A DNA stretch of 64,000 nucleotides. Origin: a virus. Below, in pieces: positions 46,797 to 56,312 of this stretch. A program made the translations under genes and the position numbers. The notes below the pieces were generated by a model that was given only the letters and a program-made list of their open reading frames with translations, ran no database searches and was not told the DNA's origin. Position 1 is the first letter of the stretch, and every line of letters starts with the position of its first letter. Location of the stretch: IMG/VR virus record IMGVR_UViG_3300047557_002951, positions 32,001 to 96,000 of that record; one strand, 5' to 3'.

Positions 46797-49276
46797 CAGC
46801 CTAGACCATAGATAGAAGCATTAATTGAAGCTTGAGTAGAGTCTGGTGGTACAAATTGTGGAATTTTTGTGCCGCCAGAAGAAGCAACTTGTTGATTTGC
46901 TTGTTGTGTAATTGGCGGTAAATCAACAAATGATATTTTTTGATTTGCTGTTGGGGGTCCTGGTAGTTGCATTTTTGCTTGTGGTGCAAGTTGTAAACTT
47001 TCTTTATAAACTTGTTGTAGTAATTCAGGTTTTTTTACTGGTTGATTGTAGTAACTCTTACCTTCTAAGTTTGGTAATGAACTCCATTCTCCCGCAACTG
47101 AATTTAAAATTCCTCGACTAAGACCTTGTGTTTTCAGTTGAGATAAAGTAACTCCTCTTCTTTTTGCTAATTCCCAGGCAGCACGGTCCTGAGTTTCTGG
47201 TGTCATTTTATCGGATGGCTTTAATACATTCATCACCATTAACTGTTTTAAAGTATTAGGCATAAATTGGTATGCACCAGATGCTCTAGATCTACCACTT
47301 GGCCAAGGTGCTCTTCCTCCACCAAGTCTTTTTGGTAGCATATCAGACATCTGCATATTAATTAATTCTTTCACTGTCATTTGACGAATTGGAACTTCCG
47401 CCCCACCATAAATGGTATCATAAGAATTTTTAGATTTTATAGTTCCTTCCGCAACTTTAAGTGATCTCAAGAATGCCTGAACTTCTCTAGATTTATACTC
47501 ATAATTTGGTGCTGGGCCATGCCATGATGGCTTAATAGTTGTTTGTGGAGTTGGATTTTTGGAACCAAATAATCTTCCAATACCTCGCATCATTCCACCG
47601 ATCATACCACCACCTTGTGCCATCTGAACATTATTGACGAATTTGGGAATGTTGGTTCCTCCCCCCATCTTATTCATCGCCAGAAGCCTATCTGCGCCCC
47701 AGTAGTCCACTGCTTTCTTGCTGAACACCACTTCACCTGGCTGTAGCACTGTTGCCTGTGTATCGGCTCCAGCTCCGGTTACAGTGAGTCCTGTACTATC
47801 ATCCACAAAGCCACCTTCAAATGGCTGCAGATAAGTTTGCTGCCCGCCTCCCGTAAATGCCCTAGCAAGTGGAATTAATCCTCCACCTTTAAATGCTGGA
47901 ATACCTCTAGAAGATGTAGTGTCAAGCATACTCTTCTGTGGACTTGGTGATTTTCCGTAATTTGGATCTGCACTTTGCAATTCTTGATCTTGCTTTTGTG
48001 TTCTAGATTGCATATACATCCCAACACCAGCCGCAGCACCAGCAGCACCAATTGCTATCGCTGTTTTAGGATACTTTGCAATTAATTTCATTAATCCAGG
48101 AATAGCAAACTTTGATAGTCTTAATGTAAGTTTTGCTACCATTCCAATAAATGCACGAACAAATTTACCAAATGGAGTGGTAAATAAGACGATGGCACCC
48201 ATCAATGCTGGCCACCAATCCTTCAAGAACTTTTTGAGGGTCTCAACTCGTTCTTTATTCTGTGGATTATTCAGCCATTTCACAAAGTTTACAAATGCCT
48301 TTCCAAGTAAAGTAAAGACAATAAATCTTATGATCTTGTCGAGAATCCCCTGAACTGGAGCAAGAAGACCAGCAGCAGCAGATGCAACTTTACCAATTCC
48401 AGTTTCTAGTGACTCTTCTCTCTTTTGTCTTCTTAAGACTTCAGCTTGTTTTCTTTCGGAATCTTCTCGTTTTTTATCTAACTTACTTCTTTCCGTTAGT
48501 ATTTCGAGTATTTTTGATACTGATCTGTTGATTGATACTACATGCTTTAGTAAATCGTCGGATTTTTGTTGCTCTGGTTTTGGTTGTTCAGTTACAAGGC
48601 TTTCTGGCTGTACTCTTGCTCTTGGTGCTGATGTTACTGCCCTGACATTTGTAGCATTAATTTTTCCAGATTTTTTTAGTTTAAATTTTCCTACTTTATC
48701 TTTTACGCGATACAATTCTTTTTGTAAGATTTTAAGATGTTTTTTCGGTATCTTTTTTCCATTTGACCAAGATCCTTCTAACAGGCTTTGTGAAATCAGA
48801 TCCCTATAATCTTCGTAGTCTCCTTCGGAGACATCATCCATTCCAATAAGTTTTAGTAAGTCTGGATCAATTTCCTCATCTACTAAATCGCCGCCACGAG
48901 TGCCTTCGTATATTGGTTCACTAGTGGGCGTTGTTGGCTCTTCTCTTTTATTTTTAATAGAATCTTCTAGGCTAGGAATATCTGGTTCATTCTTAAGATA
49001 TTGCTCGACCAGCCATTCTTGATACTTTTTATTTTCTTCTTCGAATTTTTTTGATTTTTCTTCTTCAAACAGTGGGAATCCACGAGAATCTTTTTTTATG
49101 TTTCTGATAATTGTATCAGCTTCTTTATCACTTAATCTGACTTCAGAATAATATGATTTACCGTCAGGTTGCTTTTTGCCAGTAAGTTTCGCCTTCAGTA
49201 TAATCCAGGTTTTTTCGCTAACCTGATTAAATGTGAACCATTTTACTGGTAATCCTGACGGTATGCCAATTTGCAT
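46796..49276 (-). CDS. Tail-associated (tape-measure-like) protein with a lambda-lysozyme-like muramidase domain
   Basis: Coiled coil; GAGADT...LQPGEVV; AFLRSLKVAEGT...YDTIYGG...ASGAYQFMPNT...PETQDRAA...EWSSLP. Confidence 0.7.
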   Translation of the reverse strand: MQIGIPSGLPVKWFTFNQVSEKTWIILKAKLTGKKQPDGKSYYSEVRLSDKEADTIIRNIKKDSRGFPLFEEEKSKKFEEENKKYQEWLVEQYLKNEPDIPSLEDSIKNKREEPTTPTSEPIYEGTRGGDLVDEEIDPDLLKLIGMDDVSEGDYEDYRDLISQSLLEGSWSNGKKIPKKHLKILQKELYRVKDKVGKFKLKKSGKINATNVRAVTSAPRARVQPESLVTEQPKPEQQKSDDLLKHVVSINRSVSKILEILTERSKLDKKREDSERKQAEVLRRQKREESLETGIGKVASAAAGLLAPVQGILDKIIRFIVFTLLGKAFVNFVKWLNNPQNKERVETLKKFLKDWWPALMGAIVLFTTPFGKFVRAFIGMVAKLTLRLSKFAIPGLMKLIAKYPKTAIAIGAAGAAAGVGMYMQSRTQKQDQELQSADPNYGKSPSPQKSMLDTTSSRGIPAFKGGGLIPLARAFTGGGQQTYLQPFEGGFVDDSTGLTVTGAGADTQATVLQPGEVVFSKKAVDYWGADRLLAMNKMGGGTNIPKFVNNVQMAQGGGMIGGMMRGIGRLFGSKNPTPQTTIKPSWHGPAPNYEYKSREVQAFLRSLKVAEGTIKSKNSYDTIYGGAEVPIRQMTVKELINMQMSDMLPKRLGGGRAPWPSGRSRASGAYQFMPNTLKQLMVMNVLKPSDKMTPETQDRAAWELAKRRGVTLSQLKTQGLSRGILNSVAGEWSSLPNLEGKSYYNQPVKKPELLQQVYKESLQLAPQAKMQLPGPPTANQKISFVDLPPITQQANQQVASSGGTKIPQFVPPDSTQASINASIYGLG

Positions 49277-49277
49277 T

Positions 49278-49436
49278 TTATTGTTGCTGTTTTAGTTTTT
49301 CTTCTTCTAAATGATTCTTCAATAAAGTTACATAAACATCTCTCTCCCAAGGGATCCACGCTTCAATCTCAGTCAAAGAATATTTATGATATTGCATCAA
49401 GGAGAAATTGAGCTGATAATAATTCTCCAGATCCAT
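49278..49436 (-). CDS. gp51: Baseplate hub assembly protein gp51-like (short form)
   Basis: Not in the ORF track; manual translation MDLENYYQLNFSLMQYHKYSLTEIEAWIPWERDVYVTLLKNHLEEEKLKQQQ. Confidence 0.85.
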   Translation of the reverse strand: MDLENYYQLNFSLMQYHKYSLTEIEAWIPWERDVYVTLLKNHLEEEKLKQQQ

Positions 49437-49447
49437 ATGAGAAAGAC

Positions 49448-50167
49448 TTATACGAAAAAAGATGTTAATCCCTCAATTGTTACTTCACTTTCGACCTTTG
49501 TTTTTGGATTTTTGATTTTAATTGTATGAGATAGTTTTGGCATGGTTTCAAAAAATTTCTCAATTAATTTAAACTGAGAAGAATTCATTTGATCTAGGAA
49601 TTCTTGTAATTCTTTTTTTGTCACATCAGAAGTTGACCATACTTCATCTTCGGTATAAATTTTATCAATACAAGACCCAATTAAATCAAATGCCTGCTCC
49701 ATATCATCAGCAGAATTGAGATCAAAATTATTTTTAATAAATTGATCCAATGATGGATATTTCATCTCCAGATATATCTTATCATCAAGTTTAATTTTTT
49801 TATCGTGCCCATCAAATTTCTGGACTTCGATTTCATCAATGTTGATTTTTACTGGAACTGTAGTTTCTTCGTCATCTGGACAAATCACATTAACTTCAAT
49901 GTCTTCTCCAACTGATTTTCCACGAATGTTAAGGAATAGATATTCGATATCAAATGTCGGAAGAGTTTCTACTTTGATTCCTCTTGTTTCGATGCAATTC
50001 TTTAGTACAGTTTTGATTGCTTCGGTGATTTGTCTTGAATCTTCGCTTTCTAGTGCCAAGACAAGTAGCTTTTCTTCTCGGACTAAAAATGGTCTATATT
50101 TTATTTCTTTTCCAGTTGATGGTAAAGTTAGATGATAAGTTGGCGCAGAAATCTTTGGTAATGGCAT
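49448..50167 (-). CDS. gp26: Baseplate hub subunit/chaperone gp26
   Basis: MPLPKI.APTY.L.LPSTGK.IKYRPFLVREEK...FDIEYLFLNIRGKSVGE. Confidence 0.9.
   Translation of the reverse strand: MPLPKISAPTYHLTLPSTGKEIKYRPFLVREEKLLVLALESEDSRQITEAIKTVLKNCIETRGIKVETLPTFDIEYLFLNIRGKSVGEDIEVNVICPDDEETTVPVKINIDEIEVQKFDGHDKKIKLDDKIYLEMKYPSLDQFIKNNFDLNSADDMEQAFDLIGSCIDKIYTEDEVWSTSDVTKKELQEFLDQMNSSQFKLIEKFFETMPKLSHTIKIKNPKTKVESEVTIEGLTSFFV
49454..49460 (-). other. Candidate -1 ribosomal slippery heptamer U UUU UUC
   Basis: TCT TTT TTC GTA TAA at the end of gp26; the -1 frame is open (RISLSH) into the gp51 ATG. Confidence 0.6.
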
Positions 50168-50195
50168 AATGTTCTTATGATCGAGTCATTGTGAT

Positions 50196-50203
50196 TATTT
50201 ATT
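50196..50203 (-). promoter_or_regulatory. Late promoter (AATAAATA)
   Basis: About 28 nt upstream of the gp26 ATG. Confidence 0.6.
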
Positions 50204-51048
50204 TAACTGGTTGGAGCCGGAGGAGCCTCAGGCCTGCCAGTGTTTGGATTAACTGGAACGCCATTAATTGTTGGCGGAAACGGAGCTTCTGGAATTCCAT
50301 TAGGTGTAGTTGGCTCCTCTGGATCATTTACAAATTGCGCATAATCTTTAGACAATACATAACGACTATAAGTAAATGAAACAGTACATTTCAATAGTTG
50401 TGAGGTATCATAAGATACAGGCATTGTCGTAATACTGATCGGATATGCATTGATAAATTGATAAGTTAGTGGTCTTCCCTTGTCAGGTTCTTTTTTTTGT
50501 GCTGGCTCAGACGAATCATAATCTCGTTCAAATTTTGTGATGAATAAATTATCTGTCTTATAATCGTCTGGGAAGTTGACTCTATAATTATAATTTCTGC
50601 TTACCTGTGGTGGTTGGTTTCGATTTGTTGCGGTTAATAAATTTTCTCCGACAACATAAGAAATCCAATTTTCAAAAAAGTCAATCACAAAATAATTACT
50701 ATCGACAATAAAAGTAAAGTCTGCGCGATCATCATATGATCTACGATATGCATGTCTTTCTGTGACTCCAGTGTAATCATTATTAATTTCATGCGTCATC
50801 ACAGATGATCCAGGCAATGATGCATCCGAACAAGAAAGTCTAATTAATTCTTGCGTATTTCCTTGATATTGCCCGCCTTTAAATCCAGCGTCAAATCTTT
50901 CCCGAAGAAATTGTTGAACCTTACTGCCACCATTAGCTAGATTGCCTGGCGGTAAAAACTCACAAATAAAATTTGATGTCAAAGCAGGTTGCAATAACTT
51001 GCTCTTAATTGCAGACATCTTGTATGGTTTTATTCCTGGGCCTGCCAT
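50203..51048 (-). CDS. Tail tube-fold protein (gp19/gp54-like tube initiator)
   Basis: LSCSDASLPGSS...GVTERHAYRR.YD...FTFIVD...FFENW...YQFINAYP.SI..MPVSYD...LKCTVSFTY. Confidence 0.8.
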   Translation of the reverse strand: MAGPGIKPYKMSAIKSKLLQPALTSNFICEFLPPGNLANGGSKVQQFLRERFDAGFKGGQYQGNTQELIRLSCSDASLPGSSVMTHEINNDYTGVTERHAYRRSYDDRADFTFIVDSNYFVIDFFENWISYVVGENLLTATNRNQPPQVSRNYNYRVNFPDDYKTDNLFITKFERDYDSSEPAQKKEPDKGRPLTYQFINAYPISITTMPVSYDTSQLLKCTVSFTYSRYVLSKDYAQFVNDPEEPTTPNGIPEAPFPPTINGVPVNPNTGRPEAPPAPTS

Positions 51049-51049
51049 T

Positions 51050-51080
51050 GATAAATAACTTTACTGCATATAATATTTAG
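51050..51080. promoter_or_regulatory. Overlapping late promoters for the two divergent genes
   Basis: GATAAATA (+, 51050-51057) for gp4 and CTAAATA (-, 51074-51080) for the tube gene. Confidence 0.65.
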
Positions 51081-51086
51081 GAATAG

Positions 51087-51533
51087 ATGGGGAATAAAAA
51101 TTTCATTCAGGGATATTTTCACCCACAAAATCCGAAGAAATATATTGGGAACACAGAGAATATTGTTTATAGAAGTTCCTGGGAACTACGATTTATGAAT
51201 TGGTGTGATTTGAACGAAAGTGTCATCGCTTATGGATCTGAAGAGTTTTTTATTCCTTATCGCTCTCCAATGGATAATAAAATTCACAGATATTTTCCTG
51301 ACTATATCATAAAAATCAAACAGCAGTCTGGAGAATTAAAGACTTATGTGATTGAAGTTAAGCCAAAAAAGCAAACTGCCCCACCAAAACAACCAAAAAG
51401 AAAAACCAAAAATTGGTTGTATGAAATGAAGACTTATAGTGTGAATCAAGCAAAGTGGGCAGCCGCAGATGAATGGTGCAGAGGTAGAGGAATGGAATTC
51501 AAGGTGATTACAGAAAAAGAACTTGGGTTATAA
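51087..51533 (+). CDS. gp4: Head completion nuclease gp4
   Basis: PQNPKKYIG...IVYRSSWE..FM.WCD...SEE..IPY...HRYFPD...IEVKPKKQT...NQAKW.AA. Confidence 0.92.
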   Translation: MGNKNFIQGYFHPQNPKKYIGNTENIVYRSSWELRFMNWCDLNESVIAYGSEEFFIPYRSPMDNKIHRYFPDYIIKIKQQSGELKTYVIEVKPKKQTAPPKQPKRKTKNWLYEMKTYSVNQAKWAAADEWCRGRGMEFKVITEKELGL

Positions 51534-51535
51534 AA

Positions 51536-52144
51536 ATGTTTAAACCATTAGACAATCAGGCTCGTAGGCTCTGGAAAGTATTTGGAACAATCAGAACTTG
51601 GTTTTCAACTCTGACAAAATCATCAGAACGAAAACTAAAAAGAGAAGAAGAAGAAATAAAATTTGAGGAACAAAAACTTCAAAGAGAAGCTCCTAGATCT
51701 TATGTTCAAGATCAACTCAGAGATAGGAAAAGAAGATTACAACAGCAGCAAGATGAGTTCTACAGCTTTAAAAATTTAATTGATAGTTTACCAAAAAATC
51801 AATCACCAAATTTTTATTTCAATGCCCTAATTGGCATTTTGTCTAGACTTGGTAGAACAGAAGAAACGATGGAAACTGGTAAAATCTATACCTTCAAGTA
51901 TATCGCAAAAACAAAAGGACAATGGTATGATGTTCACCCAGTGAGCTTAATCGTGAAGGAAGGTAGACAATATTGGAAAGGAGTTAATTATCATTGGGAA
52001 CGGCACCCAGAATATATTCAGAGTCCAATAAGAACTTATGCGTATGAAGGAATGCAGTCGATGTTTTATTATATTAAACCTCAGGAACTAGAATATGTTT
52101 TACGAATTCCTTCATTTTTTCCAGTGTTCATTTCTGGAAGATAA
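51536..52144 (+). CDS. DNA end protector gp2-like protein
   Basis: GKIYTFKYIAKT...YDVHP...GVNYHW motif; follows gp4. Confidence 0.6.
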   Translation: MFKPLDNQARRLWKVFGTIRTWFSTLTKSSERKLKREEEEIKFEEQKLQREAPRSYVQDQLRDRKRRLQQQQDEFYSFKNLIDSLPKNQSPNFYFNALIGILSRLGRTEETMETGKIYTFKYIAKTKGQWYDVHPVSLIVKEGRQYWKGVNYHWERHPEYIQSPIRTYAYEGMQSMFYYIKPQELEYVLRIPSFFPVFISGR

Positions 52145-52147
52145 ATA
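52140..52147 (+). promoter_or_regulatory. Late promoter (GATAAATA)
   Basis: At the gp2-like stop, upstream of gp48. Confidence 0.6.
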
Positions 52148-52220
52148 GATAAAAAACGATAATGTCTCATACTCTACAAAAAATTGAGATGGTTGTGTCC
52201 CTTATGTGGGGGTGGTTCTG

Positions 52221-53672
52221 ATGGCTGACAAAGTAAAATATATCTACGGTGAGCAATTTGCACAAAAATTACCAGGAAGTAATCAAAATTTTTATTTTAG
52301 AACAGTAACATCATATGAAGTAGATGGTAATGGAAAACCCATAGAAGGATCGGCACAAACTAATTTATATTATGCACCTAAACCTGCAGCAAGAACTTCT
52401 GACGGAAAAACATGGACTCCAGGAACTGCCGACTCCGCAGATAATTTTGATCAAGGCGGATGGGTTACTGCTGGAAAAACTCTTGATAATGGAAAATCTT
52501 ATGCGTTTTTGTTTTATACGCAACAAGATGCAGATCTTGGGAGAATTCCTCCAGGAAAAAAAGTCGGAGATGAAATTTTAGGAGCAACTACGCAACTGTC
52601 TTTAACTACAAGTGGTGGTAGGTTTTATGAGGCAGTACAAAACAACCTCATCAATCTTGCAGTAAATACTCAACCAGGACTTGCAAAAGTAGTTTCAGCA
52701 AAACAAGCAAATGTAGCAGCAGTTGCGCAAACCCAAACTCCAATAGACGCACCTTCTGTTCCGCTAGAAATTCCAGAAATAGAATCAGATAGCACAGAAA
52801 CAAATTACGAAGATCTAGTATACCCAACAAAGTTGAGAGATAATGGTCAAGATTTTATTCAATTCATTTCATATACTTATGGTGGCAGATCATTTTCACC
52901 TGGAGCTACTGGAGATTTATCTCTAGGAATCGGGGACAGAAAATTGAAAAAAACTAAAGGGTCAGTAACTTTACCAATTCAACCATCTATTATCGATACG
53001 AATAGTGTAGAATGGGGGAGCGAAAATTTGAATCCTGTGACGGCATTTGCTGCATCTCTTTCTTTTGGCACAATGAGCAATCCATCACAGGCATTCAATG
53101 AAGCTATAGAAACAGCCGATAGAGTATTGAGAGAAAATGCAAATATAAGCCCAGCCGCAAGATTATATTTTGCCGGAAAGGCAGTTGGCATAAATGGTTT
53201 ATTATCTAGAATTGGTGGAGGAATATTAAATCCAAATATGGAATTGTTGTTTCAAGGTCCACAATTAAGACCATTCACATTTACCTTCAAATTATCACCC
53301 AGAAACAGTAAAGAAGCAACTGAAGTAAAAAAAATCATAAGATACTTCAAGCAAAATATGTCAGTAAAAACAACTGCAGACAACATATTTTTGAAAGCAC
53401 CAAATGTATTCCAAATAAAATACATAGATGGAGAAACAAGAAAAGATCACACCTCACTCAATAGAATTAAGATGTGTGCATTACAAATTTGTAATGTAGA
53501 CTATACTCCAGATGGATCTTATATGACATTTAAAGACCCAGATAGTGGAAATCCCATGACATCTTATAGTTTAACATTGCAGTTCCAAGAACTAGAACCA
53601 GTAACAGAAAAGGATTACAAAGGAAAAGATATTGGTGGTCCAAATATACGAAATACAAACATAGGTTACTAA
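52221..53672 (+). CDS. gp48: Baseplate tail-tube cap gp48
   Basis: LVYP...ILNPNMELLFQGPQLRPFTFTFKLSPRN..EA..V..II..FK...YTPDGSY...LQFQELEP; ATG at 52221 preferred over GTG 52206. Confidence 0.85.
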   Translation: MADKVKYIYGEQFAQKLPGSNQNFYFRTVTSYEVDGNGKPIEGSAQTNLYYAPKPAARTSDGKTWTPGTADSADNFDQGGWVTAGKTLDNGKSYAFLFYTQQDADLGRIPPGKKVGDEILGATTQLSLTTSGGRFYEAVQNNLINLAVNTQPGLAKVVSAKQANVAAVAQTQTPIDAPSVPLEIPEIESDSTETNYEDLVYPTKLRDNGQDFIQFISYTYGGRSFSPGATGDLSLGIGDRKLKKTKGSVTLPIQPSIIDTNSVEWGSENLNPVTAFAASLSFGTMSNPSQAFNEAIETADRVLRENANISPAARLYFAGKAVGINGLLSRIGGGILNPNMELLFQGPQLRPFTFTFKLSPRNSKEATEVKKIIRYFKQNMSVKTTADNIFLKAPNVFQIKYIDGETRKDHTSLNRIKMCALQICNVDYTPDGSYMTFKDPDSGNPMTSYSLTLQFQELEPVTEKDYKGKDIGGPNIRNTNIGY

Positions 53673-53674
53673 AA

Positions 53675-54700
53675 ATGCCCTCATACTTCAGACAAGTTCC
53701 AGATTTCGAATATGTCAGCAGAGATCCTAATCAAAGGCAAATCTCAGAGTATGCGACTGTAAAAAATCTATTCCGTCGTGGTAAACTTCGTGAGGATATT
53801 TTTGGAAATCTATCATACTTCACCAAGTATAAAATCATTGGAGACGAAAGACCAGACAATGTTGCATACAAAATTTACAATGATGAAACTCTTGATTGGG
53901 TGATTCTATTATCTAATAATATACTCAACATTCAAACCGAATGGCCATTGCCACAATCTATATTTGATAAGGTACTACTCGAAAAGTATGATTCTTATGA
54001 TAAACTTTATAATGGAATACATCACTATGAAACAAAAGAAATCAGAGATAGCACTGGAAATCTGATTCTACCAAAAGGTATTAAAATGCCAAATCAATGG
54101 AAATCTGAAAATGGTTTTGTTGAAGGATATAGAGGCGTTGGTATTATATCAAGATTAATTTACCAAGGAGATGTTGAAGTAGTCATTGACCAAAACATAT
54201 TAGATCTGAAGCAGAATCTAATCATCACAATTCAAAATGCAGTTGATGATGCAATTAATGGATCTTTTGTAATCAAATCACTAGAAAGACGAGATACAAA
54301 TGGAGATGGAATTGACGATCAAGTGAGATTTAAGATTGACATTACAGAAACACCACCAACATCAGGAAATGGAATTGAGTTGCAAGTTACTGGAAGAGAA
54401 TCTATTGAATTTACTTCAAGTACACCATTACAACAATCAAATAATTATTTCTATGAATATTATGACAACAATTTACAAACTCAAATTCTCGTGACATCAG
54501 CTTCCATTTTAACTGAGATCACAAATTATGAATATGAAAGTCAGTTAGAAGATGACAAAAGAAATATTTTTGTTCTTAAGCCACAGTACTTGAATGTTGT
54601 GTTTAATGATATGGAAGAAATAATGAAATACAAAAAAGGTTCCACTCAATATGTGAGCAGAACCTTAAAGAGAGGAGATAATATCAGAATTTATTCTTAA
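53675..54700 (+). CDS. gp53: Baseplate wedge gp53
   Basis: YFRQVPDFEY...KNLFRR...Y.I.GDERPDNVA...DWVILLSNNI...EWPL...IHHYET...TNYEYE...KRNI.VLKP. Confidence 0.9.
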   Translation: MPSYFRQVPDFEYVSRDPNQRQISEYATVKNLFRRGKLREDIFGNLSYFTKYKIIGDERPDNVAYKIYNDETLDWVILLSNNILNIQTEWPLPQSIFDKVLLEKYDSYDKLYNGIHHYETKEIRDSTGNLILPKGIKMPNQWKSENGFVEGYRGVGIISRLIYQGDVEVVIDQNILDLKQNLIITIQNAVDDAINGSFVIKSLERRDTNGDGIDDQVRFKIDITETPPTSGNGIELQVTGRESIEFTSSTPLQQSNNYFYEYYDNNLQTQILVTSASILTEITNYEYESQLEDDKRNIFVLKPQYLNVVFNDMEEIMKYKKGSTQYVSRTLKRGDNIRIYS

Positions 54701-55350
54701 TCGCCTAAAACATAATCTAAGTGGGACTTTAGAACATCATAAGACTTAAATTGATCTGGTGCTTTCATTGAAGATAGTGAGTGTGCATTATTCATGATTT
54801 CTTCGGCATTAGCTTCTAATGGCTCAACTGGGCCAAAGTTTGATCGATCATACTGATGAGAACCATCTTTATCTTCAATATAGTAATTGAAATTACATCC
54901 TTCTTGTAGATCAAAAATATTTGTTTCAATATCTTTTTCGATGTCTGGATACATCAAATCTAAAATTTTTCTAAAGACAGTTCTACCATATTTCAGAATG
55001 AATACCTTACCATTATTATCTGAATTTGTAGAATCATCAATGACATAAATGTTGCTATAATAAGCAATCTTCATTTTTTGTTTTTTGACCGTATCTTTTG
55101 CTGCTTTCGCATTAGTGGCAAGAAGTTTTTGATTATACTCTGAAACTGGATCTGATTTCTTGATGTTTATTAAAGAGTTTTCTTCATATAAAATTCCGGT
55201 TGGGCCAAGAAACGAATAATAAAAAAGACTGATCCAGGGAAACTCATCTCCTTCAATTGTAGGTAGAAAGCGAATCGTAGCACGAAACTTTCCATCACTG
55301 TCCAATACTGGACTATAAAACTTTTCTTTTTTGATGCTTTTAAGTTTCAT
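54697..55350 (-). CDS. Second, truncated gp32-like ssDNA-binding protein
   Basis: ATIRFLP...ENSL...DPVSEYN...KKQK.K..YYSNIYV..D...NNGKVFILKYG...FDL.EGCNF...YD.S.F; no acidic tail. Confidence 0.8.
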   Translation of the reverse strand: MKLKSIKKEKFYSPVLDSDGKFRATIRFLPTIEGDEFPWISLFYYSFLGPTGILYEENSLINIKKSDPVSEYNQKLLATNAKAAKDTVKKQKMKIAYYSNIYVIDDSTNSDNNGKVFILKYGRTVFRKILDLMYPDIEKDIETNIFDLQEGCNFNYYIEDKDGSHQYDRSNFGPVEPLEANAEEIMNNAHSLSSMKAPDQFKSYDVLKSHLDYVLGD

Positions 55351-55359
55351 GAGAATAAG

Positions 55360-55384
55360 AAAATGGGGAGCCAAAAGACTCCCC
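55360..55384 (-). terminator. Intrinsic terminator after gp32
   Basis: GGGGAGTC-TTTT-GGCTCCCC-ATTTT. Confidence 0.75.
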
Positions 55385-55391
55385 GAAAGAA

Positions 55392-56312
55392 TTACTGAGC
55401 TAGCTTACTAAAGTATGCCATGGCATCGTCTTCATCTTCATCAGTTTCTACAGCAGCAGAAGACTTACTACGAGAATAAGACTCTTCGAGTTCCTTCATA
55501 ATATCGCTTTCTACTGATTGCACCAGAGATTCAAGTTGTGCTTCTTGTTCTTGTGCCTCTAGTGAGGCTGGCTTAGAACCAAGAACATAGTTAAGGCGCT
55601 TTTCAAGTTCTTCTGGTGTTTTGATCTTATCTCGTGAAATAAGCTCTTGTAGAGAATGTTCACTCTTCCACAGTGCTTCTAGTTCCTCATCATCTCCACC
55701 TAGAAGTGCAGATGGAGATTCAAATACACTATCATCATAATTTGGATAACCAGCAACTTGCTTTACACGAAGTCGGAAGTTTGCACCAGCCCACAGATCA
55801 AAGGGATCAATGACTGGATCATCTTCAAATTCTGGTTTCATCGATGCTTTGATCTTATCAAATACCTTAGCACCAAATCGGAAGATTTTAACCTGACCTT
55901 CTAGAGAAGGATCTGCGGGATTACTCACAATGTAAACATTTGCATAATAGCTGAGTTTACGCTTACGAGCACGAGCAACTTCTTTGTCAGAATCTAAACC
56001 AGAGTTCCACAATTCTCCATTTGAGCGACATACACAGCACTCTTCCCCAAGTGTAGTTGGACAATTTTCGATGAACCAACGACCATTGACCTGAAAGCCA
56101 TGATTATAAAGTTTTACGAAAGGTAGATCCTCATTTGGAGGAGCTGGAAGAAATCGAATCACAGCACGGCCATTGCCTGCTTTATCGGTTTCTAGTTTAA
56201 AGAGATTAGGATTATCATTGGAATTATTTCCCCCCATCTTTTCTGCTTCCTTGATTAGCTTTTCAGTTAGGCTACCAAGAGAAGATTGTTTCTTGAGATC
56301 TTTGAAATTCAT
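55392..56312 (-). CDS. gp32: Single-stranded DNA-binding protein gp32
   Basis: DKAGNGRAVIRFLPAP, HGFQ...ENC...CCVC, RKRKLSYYANVY, acidic tail DEDEDDAMAYFSKLA. Confidence 0.95.
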   Translation of the reverse strand: MNFKDLKKQSSLGSLTEKLIKEAEKMGGNNSNDNPNLFKLETDKAGNGRAVIRFLPAPPNEDLPFVKLYNHGFQVNGRWFIENCPTTLGEECCVCRSNGELWNSGLDSDKEVARARKRKLSYYANVYIVSNPADPSLEGQVKIFRFGAKVFDKIKASMKPEFEDDPVIDPFDLWAGANFRLRVKQVAGYPNYDDSVFESPSALLGGDDEELEALWKSEHSLQELISRDKIKTPEELEKRLNYVLGSKPASLEAQEQEAQLESLVQSVESDIMKELEESYSRSKSSAAVETDEDEDDAMAYFSKLAQ

